A stretch of DNA of 64,000 nucleotides, taken from Schmidtea nova (lineage: Eukaryota). The stretch lies in contig CM097883.1 in NCBI GenBank assembly GCA_044892505.1, forward strand, positions 114,142,001-114,206,000, written 5' to 3'. Under the pieces are notes generated by a model. The model was not told the DNA's origin. It did no database searches and saw only the letters and a list, made by a program, of their open reading frames with translations. The position numbers were made by a program, and so were the translations under genes. Shown piece after piece: positions 50,409 to 61,523 of the stretch; the stretch's first letter is position 1; each line of letters starts with the position of its first letter.

Positions 50409-51175
50409 AATGTTTGTGGATATTGTTGAGAAATTTAGGAAAAACGTTTGAGAGATAGAATTAAATAAAACTGCGCAGAAAAAATTTTGTTATGACAGAG
50501 AAAAACATTGAACGCGAATACTTAAGGTGTAGTAATACAAACCGTTAATAAGAGCAGATAAAAGACATCGAGAAATACTTAGGAAATAAAATAATGGCCA
50601 TGAATAGATAACGAACAAGACATTTTTTCCTCAAATGCCGAGATGAGTATGATCATACTGTTATTATAGTATTAGTAATATTATTATTATTGTTACTATT
50701 ATTATTATTATTATCAGGGTATAGATAACTGATACGACCATATAGATAATTATTACGAGATATAGATAATTTAAAATCTGAGCTCAGAGTAAAAGGGGGG
50801 TAAATGGCGTCGATGAAGAAGCGATATTTTTATTTAGATTGTCCAACAGATCAAAGCCAAGCCAAGAGATAGTCAAATCAATCAGTTATTGAAGAGGTAT
50901 ATATAGAAGAAAAGAAGAAAAAGAAGTCTAATTGAAAAGGAAAGAAGTAAAAGAAAATAAATCAAAGAAGATCCAATTGAAGATAAAAGAAAGATCAGCA
51001 ATCGATATTAAACACAAATTGACAATATTACCAAACCAACCAAGTTCGTAAAGTCGAAAGATAAAGAGTCAAATCTATTAAAAACGACGAAAGGAAATTA
51101 AAAAGAAATAAAGCTGATAAATAAAGAAGTAAAATCCACAATATTAGAAAGTTTGTAGCCGATTTTCAGAAAGAA

Positions 51176-54100
51176 ATGGAGGAGAATCAGAAAGTTACCA
51201 GTGCAAACTCAGAAGATAATTTATTAAAAGAAGAGCAGAAAATAACCAGTCCAAAGGTAGAAGATAATTTGCAGGAAGAAGAAAAAGAAGTAATAACAAT
51301 GAAAATGCAACTACAACAGAATATCGAAGGAAAAGTAAATGAAATGATAACCGAATTATCAGACGTTGAAATTGAAAGAAAGGGAAATGTATATGAATTT
51401 TCAGTAAAAGATATGGAGGGAGAAGAAAAGAAGAAGTTTGTGGAGAAATATAACCGAAAAAGAAGAGAAAGAAGAAGCAATGATGATACATGTAGCATGG
51501 ACGAGAAATGGGATGAATCTACGACAATCAAATTAGAAGAAGTGGCACAAAGATTGTTAACAATTACCATGGAAGAAATGACGAAAATGGATCAAAAATC
51601 AGAAGAAAAAAGAAAATCAGCAAAACTCGAAAGATCAAGACAAACGGAAACGTCAAAGACCGAACGATTAATCAGTAACCTAAGCAAGAGTGCAGGAAAT
51701 CAATGTGAAACAACAACTGAATTACTAAAATGGGTTATAAAAAATAGTGCAAATATATCAAATATGAGATTGATAGTGAAAGAAATCGAGAAATGCAGAC
51801 GTTTATGCCCTTGGTATTCAACACAATTTGATGACATCATGAGAAAATGGAAACAACTGGAACAAACAAACGATGATCCACAGATGTGCAGATTGAAAAT
51901 TCAGTTTCCGAGTCTAGAAGAAATAAAGATGAATGTATCATTAACAACAAAGATCAAAGAGATAAAAGAGAGATTACCATTCAATTTACCATTTCACTTG
52001 AAATATGATGGAGAATCGCTGGATGATGATATAGAAATCAGTGTAACCCCGATACAAATCGAAACAAGTAATAAATTAACTATTGATAAAATTGCAGGAA
52101 GCGAGTTGACCAGAAAAGCGAGAGGTGAAGATAATCCCGAAACAACGATAATTGCAATGATGAAAACTCCAGCTGGACCAACACTTACAATTAACATCGA
52201 GGTTAATGGTGTGAAAGTTGACGCGATGATAGATACTGGCGCAAATATATCAGCAATAGATATTGATATGATACCAGAAATGTTACGGTTATGCATCGAG
52301 AAAACATCAGTAGACGTAATAACATGCAGTAAAGAATCTGTCGATATCGTTGGAAAGATATGGACAGACATCGAATACAGAAATGTAAAAATATCAACTT
52401 ATTTGACAGTAATAAAACAACTGGGTGCATCATGCATTATTGGAACAGACTTAATACCAAAACTGTTAAAAGGATCTGTAATTGATTTGAATACGATGAA
52501 GTTGAAACACCAAATTGAAGAAAATTGCACAAGAGAAACAGCGACAGAACAATCAAATCAAGAAATGACCAGAAAAGGACAAGTATGTATGTTTCGAGAG
52601 AATAAAAATGACGATTGGCTACATCGTATATTAACTGCGAGCAGAAAAGTAAATCAGCCGACAACAATATCTGAACAACCTAAGATAGTTGACGATGTAA
52701 AAATGGAGCACCGCAAAAAGATGGAATTGATCATTGAGATTACCAAAGAAATTATGCCAGAATGGTCACAAAGTAAAAATCTATTTGAAATATTGGGAGG
52801 AGTAAGCTTAATGGTTGAGGAATATGCCAAAGGAAATGAAACGACAGAAGCGATGAATACCATAAAAGAAAGATTACCAATATTATTTACAATTGCCAGT
52901 TTTAAAGATGAGATACCGTTATATCACGCAATAAAAAGTGGGAATGAACAGAGAATGTTTGAAATCATAAAACTCATGGAAAAGTGCAAGCAACATACCA
53001 ACACGAAAAACTGGAAAGATCAAACACCCTTGATGGTAGCAATTGAAAAAGGAGGATCCAAGAAACTCATAGCAGAACTGATGAGAACCGGATCAAGTTT
53101 TAAAGAAAGAGATGATAAAAATGAAACGGTGTTATCTTATGCAGTGCAAGCAAATAACCATCAAATAATCAAATATATTATGTCAAATGCTACAGAAGAA
53201 GATATTGAAGTGCTCAGTTCAGATCCAAATCCATTAGTAAATGCAGTGAACAAAGATGCCGACGAAACAACAGCAAAAATGATTAAATGGTTACATCCAG
53301 TTACGCACGAAGGAGTGATAAATGTCAATGACAGATTTGAAGACGGTGAAAATATGATAATGAAAAGAGCCATGAAAAGAAAATGGAAAATGTATAAAAC
53401 GATTAAAGCATTGCTGCGAAGACCTGATTTCAGATTTACAAACAACAAAAAAGAAAAAGAAAGAATTGGATCTAAAAGACATGAATTATATCAGCAAGTT
53501 ATCATATGGAAAGAAAATATAAAAGAAAGCAGAATTCACCGAAGCTGGAACAACGCCAAAGATGAAATAACCAAGAGAGCAAATATAAAAGCCGAAGCAG
53601 ACGAAATAGCTAAAAGATATGAAGAAATAATAAAATTAATAAATGTCGAGGACGACATTTTAAACAGAACCGAGGGTGGTTCTGATGATCACAATGAGTC
53701 TGACGATGAAGGTGAAGAGAATAACAACAACAAAACAAAGAAAGATGACAATGAGAGTATCAACAGAAACAATGACAAAGACGAGAAAGATGATGGAAAA
53801 AGCAATAACGACGAAATTGGGAACAAAAGTGATGAACCCAAGCAAGAAACTTCAAACTATGAAAAACGAACAGCATGTCTACATAAAACTCGAATAAAAG
53901 ACATAATATTACTGATATTGATGCTGTCAGCATTGAAAGGAACGGAAGCTGATGACAAGAGAAAACCAGTACAAGTATTAACACAAGGAGCAGATAATGA
54001 AGAAGCATGTTGGAGTAGCATCAACTTGCAAAGTAAAGGAGATAACCCAGTCAAATGTCAACGAGCAGAAGGAGGAGAAATCCGAATAAATGGATTAAAA

Positions 54101-54286
54101 CGAGAAACAAAATATAAAATCTGTGTTTACAAAAAGAAAGCAGCACAAAGATTGTTTAGAACACTCGTACGCCAGATAGTAGCACATAATGGTTCAAAAG
54201 TCACCCAAGAAGACATAAAAGTCATATTAACCGACGAACTAGATGAGAACATCAGAGTGTCGTCGAAACGCAAGCTGCCGGAATAA
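51176..54286 (+). CDS. 1036-aa polyprotein: acidic N-terminus, ubiquitin-like domain, retroviral-type aspartic protease, ankyrin repeats, acidic linker, internal signal-like segment
   Basis: UBL-like RLKIQFPSLEEIKMNVSLTTKIKEIKERL...HLKYDGESLDDD; INIEVNG...IDTGA...IIGTDL; ANK-like PLYHAIKSG, TPLMVAIEKG, TVLSYAVQAN; IILLILMLSALKGTEA. Confidence 0.85.
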   Translation: MEENQKVTSANSEDNLLKEEQKITSPKVEDNLQEEEKEVITMKMQLQQNIEGKVNEMITELSDVEIERKGNVYEFSVKDMEGEEKKKFVEKYNRKRRERRSNDDTCSMDEKWDESTTIKLEEVAQRLLTITMEEMTKMDQKSEEKRKSAKLERSRQTETSKTERLISNLSKSAGNQCETTTELLKWVIKNSANISNMRLIVKEIEKCRRLCPWYSTQFDDIMRKWKQLEQTNDDPQMCRLKIQFPSLEEIKMNVSLTTKIKEIKERLPFNLPFHLKYDGESLDDDIEISVTPIQIETSNKLTIDKIAGSELTRKARGEDNPETTIIAMMKTPAGPTLTINIEVNGVKVDAMIDTGANISAIDIDMIPEMLRLCIEKTSVDVITCSKESVDIVGKIWTDIEYRNVKISTYLTVIKQLGASCIIGTDLIPKLLKGSVIDLNTMKLKHQIEENCTRETATEQSNQEMTRKGQVCMFRENKNDDWLHRILTASRKVNQPTTISEQPKIVDDVKMEHRKKMELIIEITKEIMPEWSQSKNLFEILGGVSLMVEEYAKGNETTEAMNTIKERLPILFTIASFKDEIPLYHAIKSGNEQRMFEIIKLMEKCKQHTNTKNWKDQTPLMVAIEKGGSKKLIAELMRTGSSFKERDDKNETVLSYAVQANNHQIIKYIMSNATEEDIEVLSSDPNPLVNAVNKDADETTAKMIKWLHPVTHEGVINVNDRFEDGENMIMKRAMKRKWKMYKTIKALLRRPDFRFTNNKKEKERIGSKRHELYQQVIIWKENIKESRIHRSWNNAKDEITKRANIKAEADEIAKRYEEIIKLINVEDDILNRTEGGSDDHNESDDEGEENNNNKTKKDDNESINRNNDKDEKDDGKSNNDEIGNKSDEPKQETSNYEKRTACLHKTRIKDIILLILMLSALKGTEADDKRKPVQVLTQGADNEEACWSSINLQSKGDNPVKCQRAEGGEIRINGLKRETKYKICVYKKKAAQRLFRTLVRQIVAHNGSKVTQEDIKVILTDELDENIRVSSKRKLPE

Positions 54287-54480
54287 CAAGGAAAAGGATC
54301 TGTGTAAATATTGTATAAAAGTATATTGTAATAAAAGTAGTATGAAAATTGTGTAAATACTGTACAAATAATATGTTAACGAAAAAAATGGTTTAAAACG
54401 TAAAATTAATTGATGATGAAAAAACAACAACTATACCCTGTCATAGAAATATTATTCCTTTCTAGAAGCTCTAATCAACA

Positions 54481-55929
54481 ATGAAAAAACTAGCCAGTAT
54501 AATTGTCCTATGCTCCGTATTCAACACCTTATCAAGAAACAATGCAGAAGAATACTTTTTCAGCACAACAACAGCTAATCAGATTGCCTATAAAACAATT
54601 GAAAAGAGACCTAAAAACTCCTATGAAAACATTCAATTACATGTCCTATTGACAAGCTTATCCGGAACATTGCTATATTTAACAAACGACGATGGTAATC
54701 AATTAATTTTAACCCTCTATAATGAAATCAGTGAAAGAATGAAGATAGAATACAAAGAGCTTGATTATGTTGTAGAACTTTGCGAGTTATGCCAAGATCA
54801 AAGCACCAGCGAATGTGAATTGTACAAATATCGATCAATCAAAGTAAATATCAAGATTGCAGATAAACTCGCTGTCAAATGTAACCAAGGCAAGGAAACA
54901 TTCTTTGAGTATGGAGAAAAACAAATTACTAAAACTGATTACCCAACGATAAAGGAAATTGACAAAACAACAACACTTATCTACGTCATGAACACACCTC
55001 AACATGACAAAGGATACCCCAATCCTGAACAATTACAAGGTTGTGTGTATAAAGTGGAATACAATAATAAAACGCTGAAAATGGAAAGGAGCAGTGAAGA
55101 GATAAAAAACGAATGTCGAAAAATATGTACAGACAATATCTGTAATGAAGGTAAATGTTATGAAACATTTTCCGAGAAACCTATCTGTAATTGTAAATTT
55201 ACCCCAAAAAACGGTCGGTACTGTAACACCAGCAGCATTAGCCGGAAATACCGAAGAATCAACGCACAAAAGCAAACACTTTGGATAGATTATGTAAAGT
55301 TATTAATAAATAACAACTCGAAGGAGCTAATTTTTGAAATGGAGAACAAAGAATCCAGATTGTACATACGGAGAGAAAGAGCATCAATTACAGTCAAATA
55401 TGAAAACAAGAAAGACTGGTATATAGAAGGCTTTTTGGCCAACCAGGTTGATGAAGTCAAACTGATAATAATAGGCATGAAGTTCACGGAGAAAGGAATC
55501 CATTTCCATATTATCAATCAGAAAACCGAAATCTCAAGAGAAATGCCTGTTTTAGAAAAGATGAATGAAATACCTTGGAAACTTATAACGATTGCAGATA
55601 GTGTAGAAATGATATATAAGATACACCATTCACGGTACGATTGGTGCAGTACTGACATGGACGAAATTAGGAATAATGACAGAACATGTGCGGAAATTGA
55701 AGTAGTTCCTCCAACGAACGAAGCGAGAAGCCTAACAATGAAAAAGTTACCAATGGAGACAAATTATAAGATCAGTCGTCAAACATTCGTCAGTACATTA
55801 GTAATAGAAATTATAATCCTAGTCACCGGAACTATTGGAATTTTTGTCCTCGTATACAAGAGAGCAAAACGGAAACTCGAACAACGAGTAAATATGATTT
55901 TGGAACAAGTTCATATGACCCCAGTATAA
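54481..55929 (+). CDS. Type I membrane protein with an EGF-like domain
   Basis: Signal peptide MKKLASIIVLCSVF; CTDNICNEGKCYE...CNCKFTPKNGRYC; TM LVIEIIILVTGTIGIFVLVY then KRAKRK; ends TPV. Confidence 0.8.
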   Translation: MKKLASIIVLCSVFNTLSRNNAEEYFFSTTTANQIAYKTIEKRPKNSYENIQLHVLLTSLSGTLLYLTNDDGNQLILTLYNEISERMKIEYKELDYVVELCELCQDQSTSECELYKYRSIKVNIKIADKLAVKCNQGKETFFEYGEKQITKTDYPTIKEIDKTTTLIYVMNTPQHDKGYPNPEQLQGCVYKVEYNNKTLKMERSSEEIKNECRKICTDNICNEGKCYETFSEKPICNCKFTPKNGRYCNTSSISRKYRRINAQKQTLWIDYVKLLINNNSKELIFEMENKESRLYIRRERASITVKYENKKDWYIEGFLANQVDEVKLIIIGMKFTEKGIHFHIINQKTEISREMPVLEKMNEIPWKLITIADSVEMIYKIHHSRYDWCSTDMDEIRNNDRTCAEIEVVPPTNEARSLTMKKLPMETNYKISRQTFVSTLVIEIIILVTGTIGIFVLVYKRAKRKLEQRVNMILEQVHMTPV

Positions 55930-56078
55930 ATAAAGAGGAACAGTGTATATAGTGTATAAAATTATATTGTATTATAAAAGTAGAATATATTTGTATAATA
56001 AAAATTTAAAAATCCAAAAAAATGAATACCTCAAAACTGGGAAAAACAAATGATAATATTGTGTAATTATTGACAGAA

Positions 56079-56714
56079 ATGAATCCGAACAACGAGAATC
56101 AAAGTTATCAAACATCAGTTCCAACGTTCAATGAACCATCAAATCAAACTCAGTTTCCAGAAGATACCAATATACGAGAAAGAGAAGGGTCACTGCAAAC
56201 CCCAGTAATCGAAAATGAAACGCAAAATCCAACAATTGACGATAGAAATCTGATATACCAAGTCGAAATTCCACTATTTGATGAAACCATGAACCCAATT
56301 CAAACGACATTCGTATTAAATCAACAACCAACAAATAGCCAGACTCAATCAATATCAGCTCCGATGGTTTATCAGCAGACAATGACGCAAGAGTTATCAT
56401 GGAAAACGCAATGTGAATTATTAAGCAGGATGTTGAATCAAGCCTATGCACAATGGAAAAACGAACAAGCTTTGTTAACAGAAAGTGTAAACAGAAATTT
56501 ATCATATCTTGCTAAAATGGAAGAACAACAACAAATGATAATCCAAAAGGACCAGAGAATTGAATGGTTAACAAGACATACGGAGTGGCAAACAAACGAA
56601 ATTAGAAGATTGAATGAGACGCGAGAAGAAGTCAGAGCATGGTATAACTGGTTAGACAATTTTCCAGAACCGGTTCGAGAACCTGACTCGACGGGAAGGG
56701 ATGAACTATTATAA
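56079..56714 (+). CDS. Q/N/T-rich disordered plus coiled-coil protein
   Basis: Open frame; first ATG 2 nt after a CAG acceptor (track starts at TTG 56070). Confidence 0.7.
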   Translation: MNPNNENQSYQTSVPTFNEPSNQTQFPEDTNIREREGSLQTPVIENETQNPTIDDRNLIYQVEIPLFDETMNPIQTTFVLNQQPTNSQTQSISAPMVYQQTMTQELSWKTQCELLSRMLNQAYAQWKNEQALLTESVNRNLSYLAKMEEQQQMIIQKDQRIEWLTRHTEWQTNEIRRLNETREEVRAWYNWLDNFPEPVREPDSTGRDELL

Positions 56715-56808
56715 AAATTTAAAACCAGTGTAAATAAAATGTAAAAATGTGAATATGAATAAAACTTGGTATAAAGAGCAAAACGAAAAAATTATAAATT
56801 TTTTTAGA

Positions 56809-58212
56809 ATGCAGACCGAGAATCAGCAGAAACAAGAAGAATTGATCGAACTATATCAGATACTACAGAGACAACGGATAGAACCAACAGAATTTCAAGA
56901 AAGATTTAAATGTAAAGTATGTAGAAATTTATTGATAGAACCCAGACAAACTGAATGTGGATGTCGAATATGCACTAATTGCGTGATGAAAATAATACGA
57001 ACTAAGCAGAAGCTATGTCCTGAATGTGGTGAAGCAATAATAGATCAATTTGACCAAACCAGACCAGATATCGCAATGAATCGGGAAATTATGAACGCAG
57101 CAACAACCTGTCCAAATAAACCATGTGTATGGAGTGGGCCAATAAAATGGATCGCCAAACACCTTTATAATTGTGATGGTACGAAAGCCAAATGCAAGTG
57201 GTGTGAAGAAGAAATGTTGAAGAAAGTCAAAGACAGTCATGAGGAAATGTGTGAACAACGACAGGAAATCTGTGAGTTTTGCAACGAAACAGACGCTTGG
57301 ATAGTGTTAAAAGATGAGCATTGGAATATAGAAGAAGGGCAAGTATGTGACGAGTATGAAGGTAATTGTAATCAATGTGGAATGGCAGAAAACGTGAAGC
57401 TAAAAGAACATTGGGAAATATGCGAAAAGAAGCCTACTGCATGTCCACTAAAATTATTCAATTGCAAAGTGAGATTACCAAAAGAGGAAATACAAAAGCA
57501 TGTAGATGAAAATAGTGTCAATCATTTGAGAACCGTTGTGGAAGCTATTGGAGCAACCGCACTGGTAATTGGAGAAGCCAACACAGAAATAAAATCTCAC
57601 AAAATCATGATACAAGAGATGTTGGATACGAGAGGAAACTTTGAAAGAATAAAAGAACAAATGATCCAAAAAATGATACTATTAGACCAGAAAATAGCAG
57701 AAATATCAACAATCCAACAAAGGTTGGAAAGCATATTGCCAGCAATGGAAGAACTACCCGTCACACCCTACTATTGGAAAATCACAGAATTTACAGAGAA
57801 ATTGAGACTAGCAAGAGAAGGAGGTCAACGTGTATGGACAAGTCCACCTTGTCACAGTTGGAAACATGGTTTCAAGCTTAGATTCAAAGTATATCTAACG
57901 GGAGACGGACTAGGAGCCGGAACTCATTTATCTGTATATTTTCAAATATGTAAAGGAGATTATGACGATTGGTTAGAATGGCCCTACGATTGCGATATAA
58001 CTATGATGATCGGAACAAAGGAAAACAACGTTCGGGAAGTATTCAGACCAAACTTGAAGAAGGTAGAAGCAGCTTATAGGAAGCCGATCGAAAACTACAA
58101 CGTAGCTGTAGGAAATCCACGTTTTATTGCATTACATTATTTAACCACAGAACAATCATTATATTTGGTAAATAATATCCTGTATCTGATTATCGAAGTG
58201 AGGAAGCCGTAG
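56809..58212 (+). CDS. TRAF: Full-architecture TRAF (RING, TRAF Zn fingers, coiled coil, MATH)
   Basis: CKVCRNLL...CGCRIC...CPEC RING; CPNKPC, CEFC, CPLKLFNC fingers; YYWKITEF...SPPC...YLTGDGLGAGTHLSVYF...DDWLEWP MATH domain; ATG 56809 preferred over GTG 56749. Confidence 0.95.
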   Translation: MQTENQQKQEELIELYQILQRQRIEPTEFQERFKCKVCRNLLIEPRQTECGCRICTNCVMKIIRTKQKLCPECGEAIIDQFDQTRPDIAMNREIMNAATTCPNKPCVWSGPIKWIAKHLYNCDGTKAKCKWCEEEMLKKVKDSHEEMCEQRQEICEFCNETDAWIVLKDEHWNIEEGQVCDEYEGNCNQCGMAENVKLKEHWEICEKKPTACPLKLFNCKVRLPKEEIQKHVDENSVNHLRTVVEAIGATALVIGEANTEIKSHKIMIQEMLDTRGNFERIKEQMIQKMILLDQKIAEISTIQQRLESILPAMEELPVTPYYWKITEFTEKLRLAREGGQRVWTSPPCHSWKHGFKLRFKVYLTGDGLGAGTHLSVYFQICKGDYDDWLEWPYDCDITMMIGTKENNVREVFRPNLKKVEAAYRKPIENYNVAVGNPRFIALHYLTTEQSLYLVNNILYLIIEVRKP

Positions 58213-58432
58213 TGAAGATGGAAAAAGTGTAAATATGTCTGTATTATAATGAAGTATCTGTATCATAATGTACAAAATAAAATTAAAAAATCACAAAAAA
58301 CATAAAAATTAAAAAGAAATATAAAAATGAGAAAAACCAAAAAATCAAATATAAAAATGAGAAAAATCAAAATTTTGTAAATATAGAAAACAAAAATTGT
58401 GAAAATATAACGGAGAAAATATTGTAGATACA

Positions 58433-59602
58433 ATGACTGAAAGGAAGATCGTGAAAATACGAGAAGATGACAGATCATTCAAAAGTTTATGCGAATTAAT
58501 GAAAAGAGGTAAAGAAAAGATGTCAAAACCAATTACCTCAGAATTGATTTATTGTCAATTTACACGAACAATATCGAATGTTCCCAAGGAAAGAAATTAT
58601 GGCAAATTCAAAACTATCGATGAAACGTTGAAAAATGAGAACCGAAGATATATAACCTTTTTACAACAAGACAATTTCTATGAGAAGCAATACAGAAAAT
58701 TCGCCAAAGATGGTTTGTATTTTGCAGGGACAATTGAGAAACCCGATAAAGTAACCTGTGTATTTTGCAGAATTGAAATAGAACCTTGGAGAATTAACGA
58801 TGATCCACTAACAGAACATAGAAAACTTTCACCCACATGCCAGTTTGTGTTAAAGGCATGCGAAAAACTAAGAAAACCAACATCAATGAACAACGACAAA
58901 GAAGAAAAACCCAAAATAGTAACGATAACTTCAACAGGTCCAGCAAAGATACGATTCATAGAAATTGATCCAAAATATACGATTAATGGGAGAACTGACA
59001 CCTTTGCAGATAAAAAGATGGGTATCAGATTAGCAATAGAAGGTTTTTATGCAATAAATGAATCAACAGCTGAATGTTCAGAGTGTGGAATACAATATCA
59101 ATTACCAAAAGAGGAAGGAGAATACCTGAAACACAACGAATATTGTAAATATGGAGAAGAATTATATGAAGACGAAGAACCGATCAATTATAAAAACCCA
59201 GAGATGCCTGTTAATGAATTATTAGTAGATAAGATATTAGACGAACCACGAACTCAAAAGGTAATGGAACGCACCGGCAAAAGCGAAATATTTGTGAAAG
59301 AAGTTGTCAGAGAGAGATTGAGAAGAAATGGAGAAACATTTGGATCAACCCTAGAATTTTTCAAAGCTATGATACAGTTCACCAGAAAATCCCAAGTTGT
59401 CAACCCAGAATCATGTATCAAGAAAGTTATATTAAATAAACACCCCTGTTCAATCTGTTGGATAAAGAAAGTGGAAGTTATTCATTTACCATGTGGACAT
59501 CTGTTGGCATGTGAAAATTGTAGCAATAAATTGAGATTGTGCTCAATGTGCAGGAAACCGGTCGACAAACGGATCAAGGGATTCCGTTATGCCGATCAAT
59601 AA
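58433..59602 (+). CDS. IAP: Inhibitor of apoptosis (one canonical BIR, one degenerate BIR, C-terminal RING)
   Basis: FAKDGLYF...DKVTCVFC...W...DDPLTEHRKLSPTCQF; RTDTF...EGFY...AECSEC...HNEYC; CSICW...LPCGHLLACENC...CSMCR. Confidence 0.95.
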   Translation: MTERKIVKIREDDRSFKSLCELMKRGKEKMSKPITSELIYCQFTRTISNVPKERNYGKFKTIDETLKNENRRYITFLQQDNFYEKQYRKFAKDGLYFAGTIEKPDKVTCVFCRIEIEPWRINDDPLTEHRKLSPTCQFVLKACEKLRKPTSMNNDKEEKPKIVTITSTGPAKIRFIEIDPKYTINGRTDTFADKKMGIRLAIEGFYAINESTAECSECGIQYQLPKEEGEYLKHNEYCKYGEELYEDEEPINYKNPEMPVNELLVDKILDEPRTQKVMERTGKSEIFVKEVVRERLRRNGETFGSTLEFFKAMIQFTRKSQVVNPESCIKKVILNKHPCSICWIKKVEVIHLPCGHLLACENCSNKLRLCSMCRKPVDKRIKGFRYADQ

Positions 59603-59736
59603 TCCAATCAAGCAACCTTGTAAATAAATTGTAAAGATTTTAACTATAATCGATGTATACAAGTATTATTTAATAAGCATGAGCAACAAAAAATGTATAA
59701 ACAAAAGGAAATTACCCATGTTATTATTATTTCAGG

Positions 59737-61284
59737 ATGAATATACAACAATTGATAGACATCCTAGATCAGGAGATGGCCAAAAGACAAGAACAACTAA
59801 ATCAAATGAGAAATTATGAACAAAGAATGGAAGCCATCCAAGAGAACGTTAAAATGATTGAGAAACGAACCCAAGAGATCAATAAAATAAAAGAGGAAAA
59901 TGAGGAACTACGAAAAATAATAATCGACAAGGCACATATCGAAGCTGAACTAGACAATTATAAACGAGAGTACAGGGAAATGGAGAGAAAACTCGAGCAC
60001 GAACAACGGAAGTCGGTACCGTTGAAAAATCAAGCGAGATTAAGAAAAGAGGAGCTCGAAACTTATAAAAGAGATACCGAAACAAGGTACGACAACACCA
60101 TAAGATTCTATCAGCAGCAACTCGAAAGTGAAAGAAACAGATATGAAGCCATGAAAAAGAAATGGGAAAAGTGTCGAGATGAAGCATTTGTTTTGAGAGG
60201 ACAACCTCAAAAGAAGCTTAAAGTCAGAACAAGAAACATTGAACCTGAAAGCGAACAAGAAAAGATCATTAGAAAGGTTAAAGCAGAGGCTAGGAAATGG
60301 AAACAAGAACACCAAGATTTATTGGAAATGGCTCGACACAGAAAAATGCTACACGAAGAATTACTAAGACGGAGAGACGTTCAAATCGAGGCTCTGAAAG
60401 AGGAATGTCATTGGTATGCAGACATACGTCATGAGGAAACGGAGAAACTCAGAAAAGAAATATTCCAGTTGAAAACGAGCGGACAGTTCAGAGAAAGAAG
60501 CATAAAGCATCAAATAAAGTGGCTAATAGAACAAGCCAGAACATGGAAAAAGACCTGGAAAAGAACTCGAGACGAACTACGAGAATTTCCAAAGAAGCTG
60601 ATGTCGATAAATGAAGCAGAATTGTGGGAAAATGCAGAAAAGCAAGAAATAGAAAACAAAGAATTAAAACGACAAATTCAATTAAAAACTGAATGGAATC
60701 AAAGGAGAATGAAATTTACCAGGAATCAAGAAGCTCGTATCAAATATCTGGAATTCGAAAATAGGCAATATGATCAACAAAAGAATATGGATGATAGAAG
60801 TATTGAAGAATTGACAATCGAATTGACTATTGCAAACCGTGAAGTCAACGGATATCGAGGAACAAATACTCATAAAGATATTGTCATTCAACACCAGCGA
60901 AGGCAGATAGAAGAGACAAAGGCCGAATGTGAGAAAGCGATCCAGCAATCGCAGTATGAGATTGAAATGGCTATCCAAAGTTTGGAAGAAAATCGCCAAA
61001 ACTATGAAAGAGAGATTGAAAGGTTGAAAAATATGGAAAATACGAGAGAGCTCGAGATAGAAAAGGAACAGCTGAGTGAAGAACTCGATTATATGACCTA
61101 TTTGCTAGATGAAGAGATAGAAATCTCAAGAACTTTGCGAGAGAGAGTTCAGAGCCTACAAAATCAACCTCCAATAATTCTATGGCCACTATATCCAACA
61201 CCAATACAACCTGTACATTTGGAGCAAGAAAATCCTCAAATCGAAGATGAAGGGTTCGGAGAAATTGAAGAGACGTTTGTATAA
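59737..61284 (+). CDS. 515-aa long coiled-coil protein
   Basis: Intact ORF, E/K/R/Q-rich heptads throughout, ends EETFV. Confidence 0.8.
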   Translation: MNIQQLIDILDQEMAKRQEQLNQMRNYEQRMEAIQENVKMIEKRTQEINKIKEENEELRKIIIDKAHIEAELDNYKREYREMERKLEHEQRKSVPLKNQARLRKEELETYKRDTETRYDNTIRFYQQQLESERNRYEAMKKKWEKCRDEAFVLRGQPQKKLKVRTRNIEPESEQEKIIRKVKAEARKWKQEHQDLLEMARHRKMLHEELLRRRDVQIEALKEECHWYADIRHEETEKLRKEIFQLKTSGQFRERSIKHQIKWLIEQARTWKKTWKRTRDELREFPKKLMSINEAELWENAEKQEIENKELKRQIQLKTEWNQRRMKFTRNQEARIKYLEFENRQYDQQKNMDDRSIEELTIELTIANREVNGYRGTNTHKDIVIQHQRRQIEETKAECEKAIQQSQYEIEMAIQSLEENRQNYEREIERLKNMENTRELEIEKEQLSEELDYMTYLLDEEIEISRTLRERVQSLQNQPPIILWPLYPTPIQPVHLEQENPQIEDEGFGEIEETFV

Positions 61285-61523
61285 ATAATAAAAGTGAATG
61301 TAAAGTGTAAAAAGAAATTGAAATGTAGTGTAAAAAGAAAAAGTTGTAAAATATATCCAAAAAACTAAATAAAAAGCAGAAAAATAAAAAATTCAATAAA
61401 AATTAGAAAAAATGAAAAACAAATAAAAATTAGAAAATGTTAAAAATGATAAAAATGATAAAAACAAAAACAAAATTAAAAAAAAACTGTAGAAAAGAGT
61501 TATGAAAATTCAAATTATAGAAA

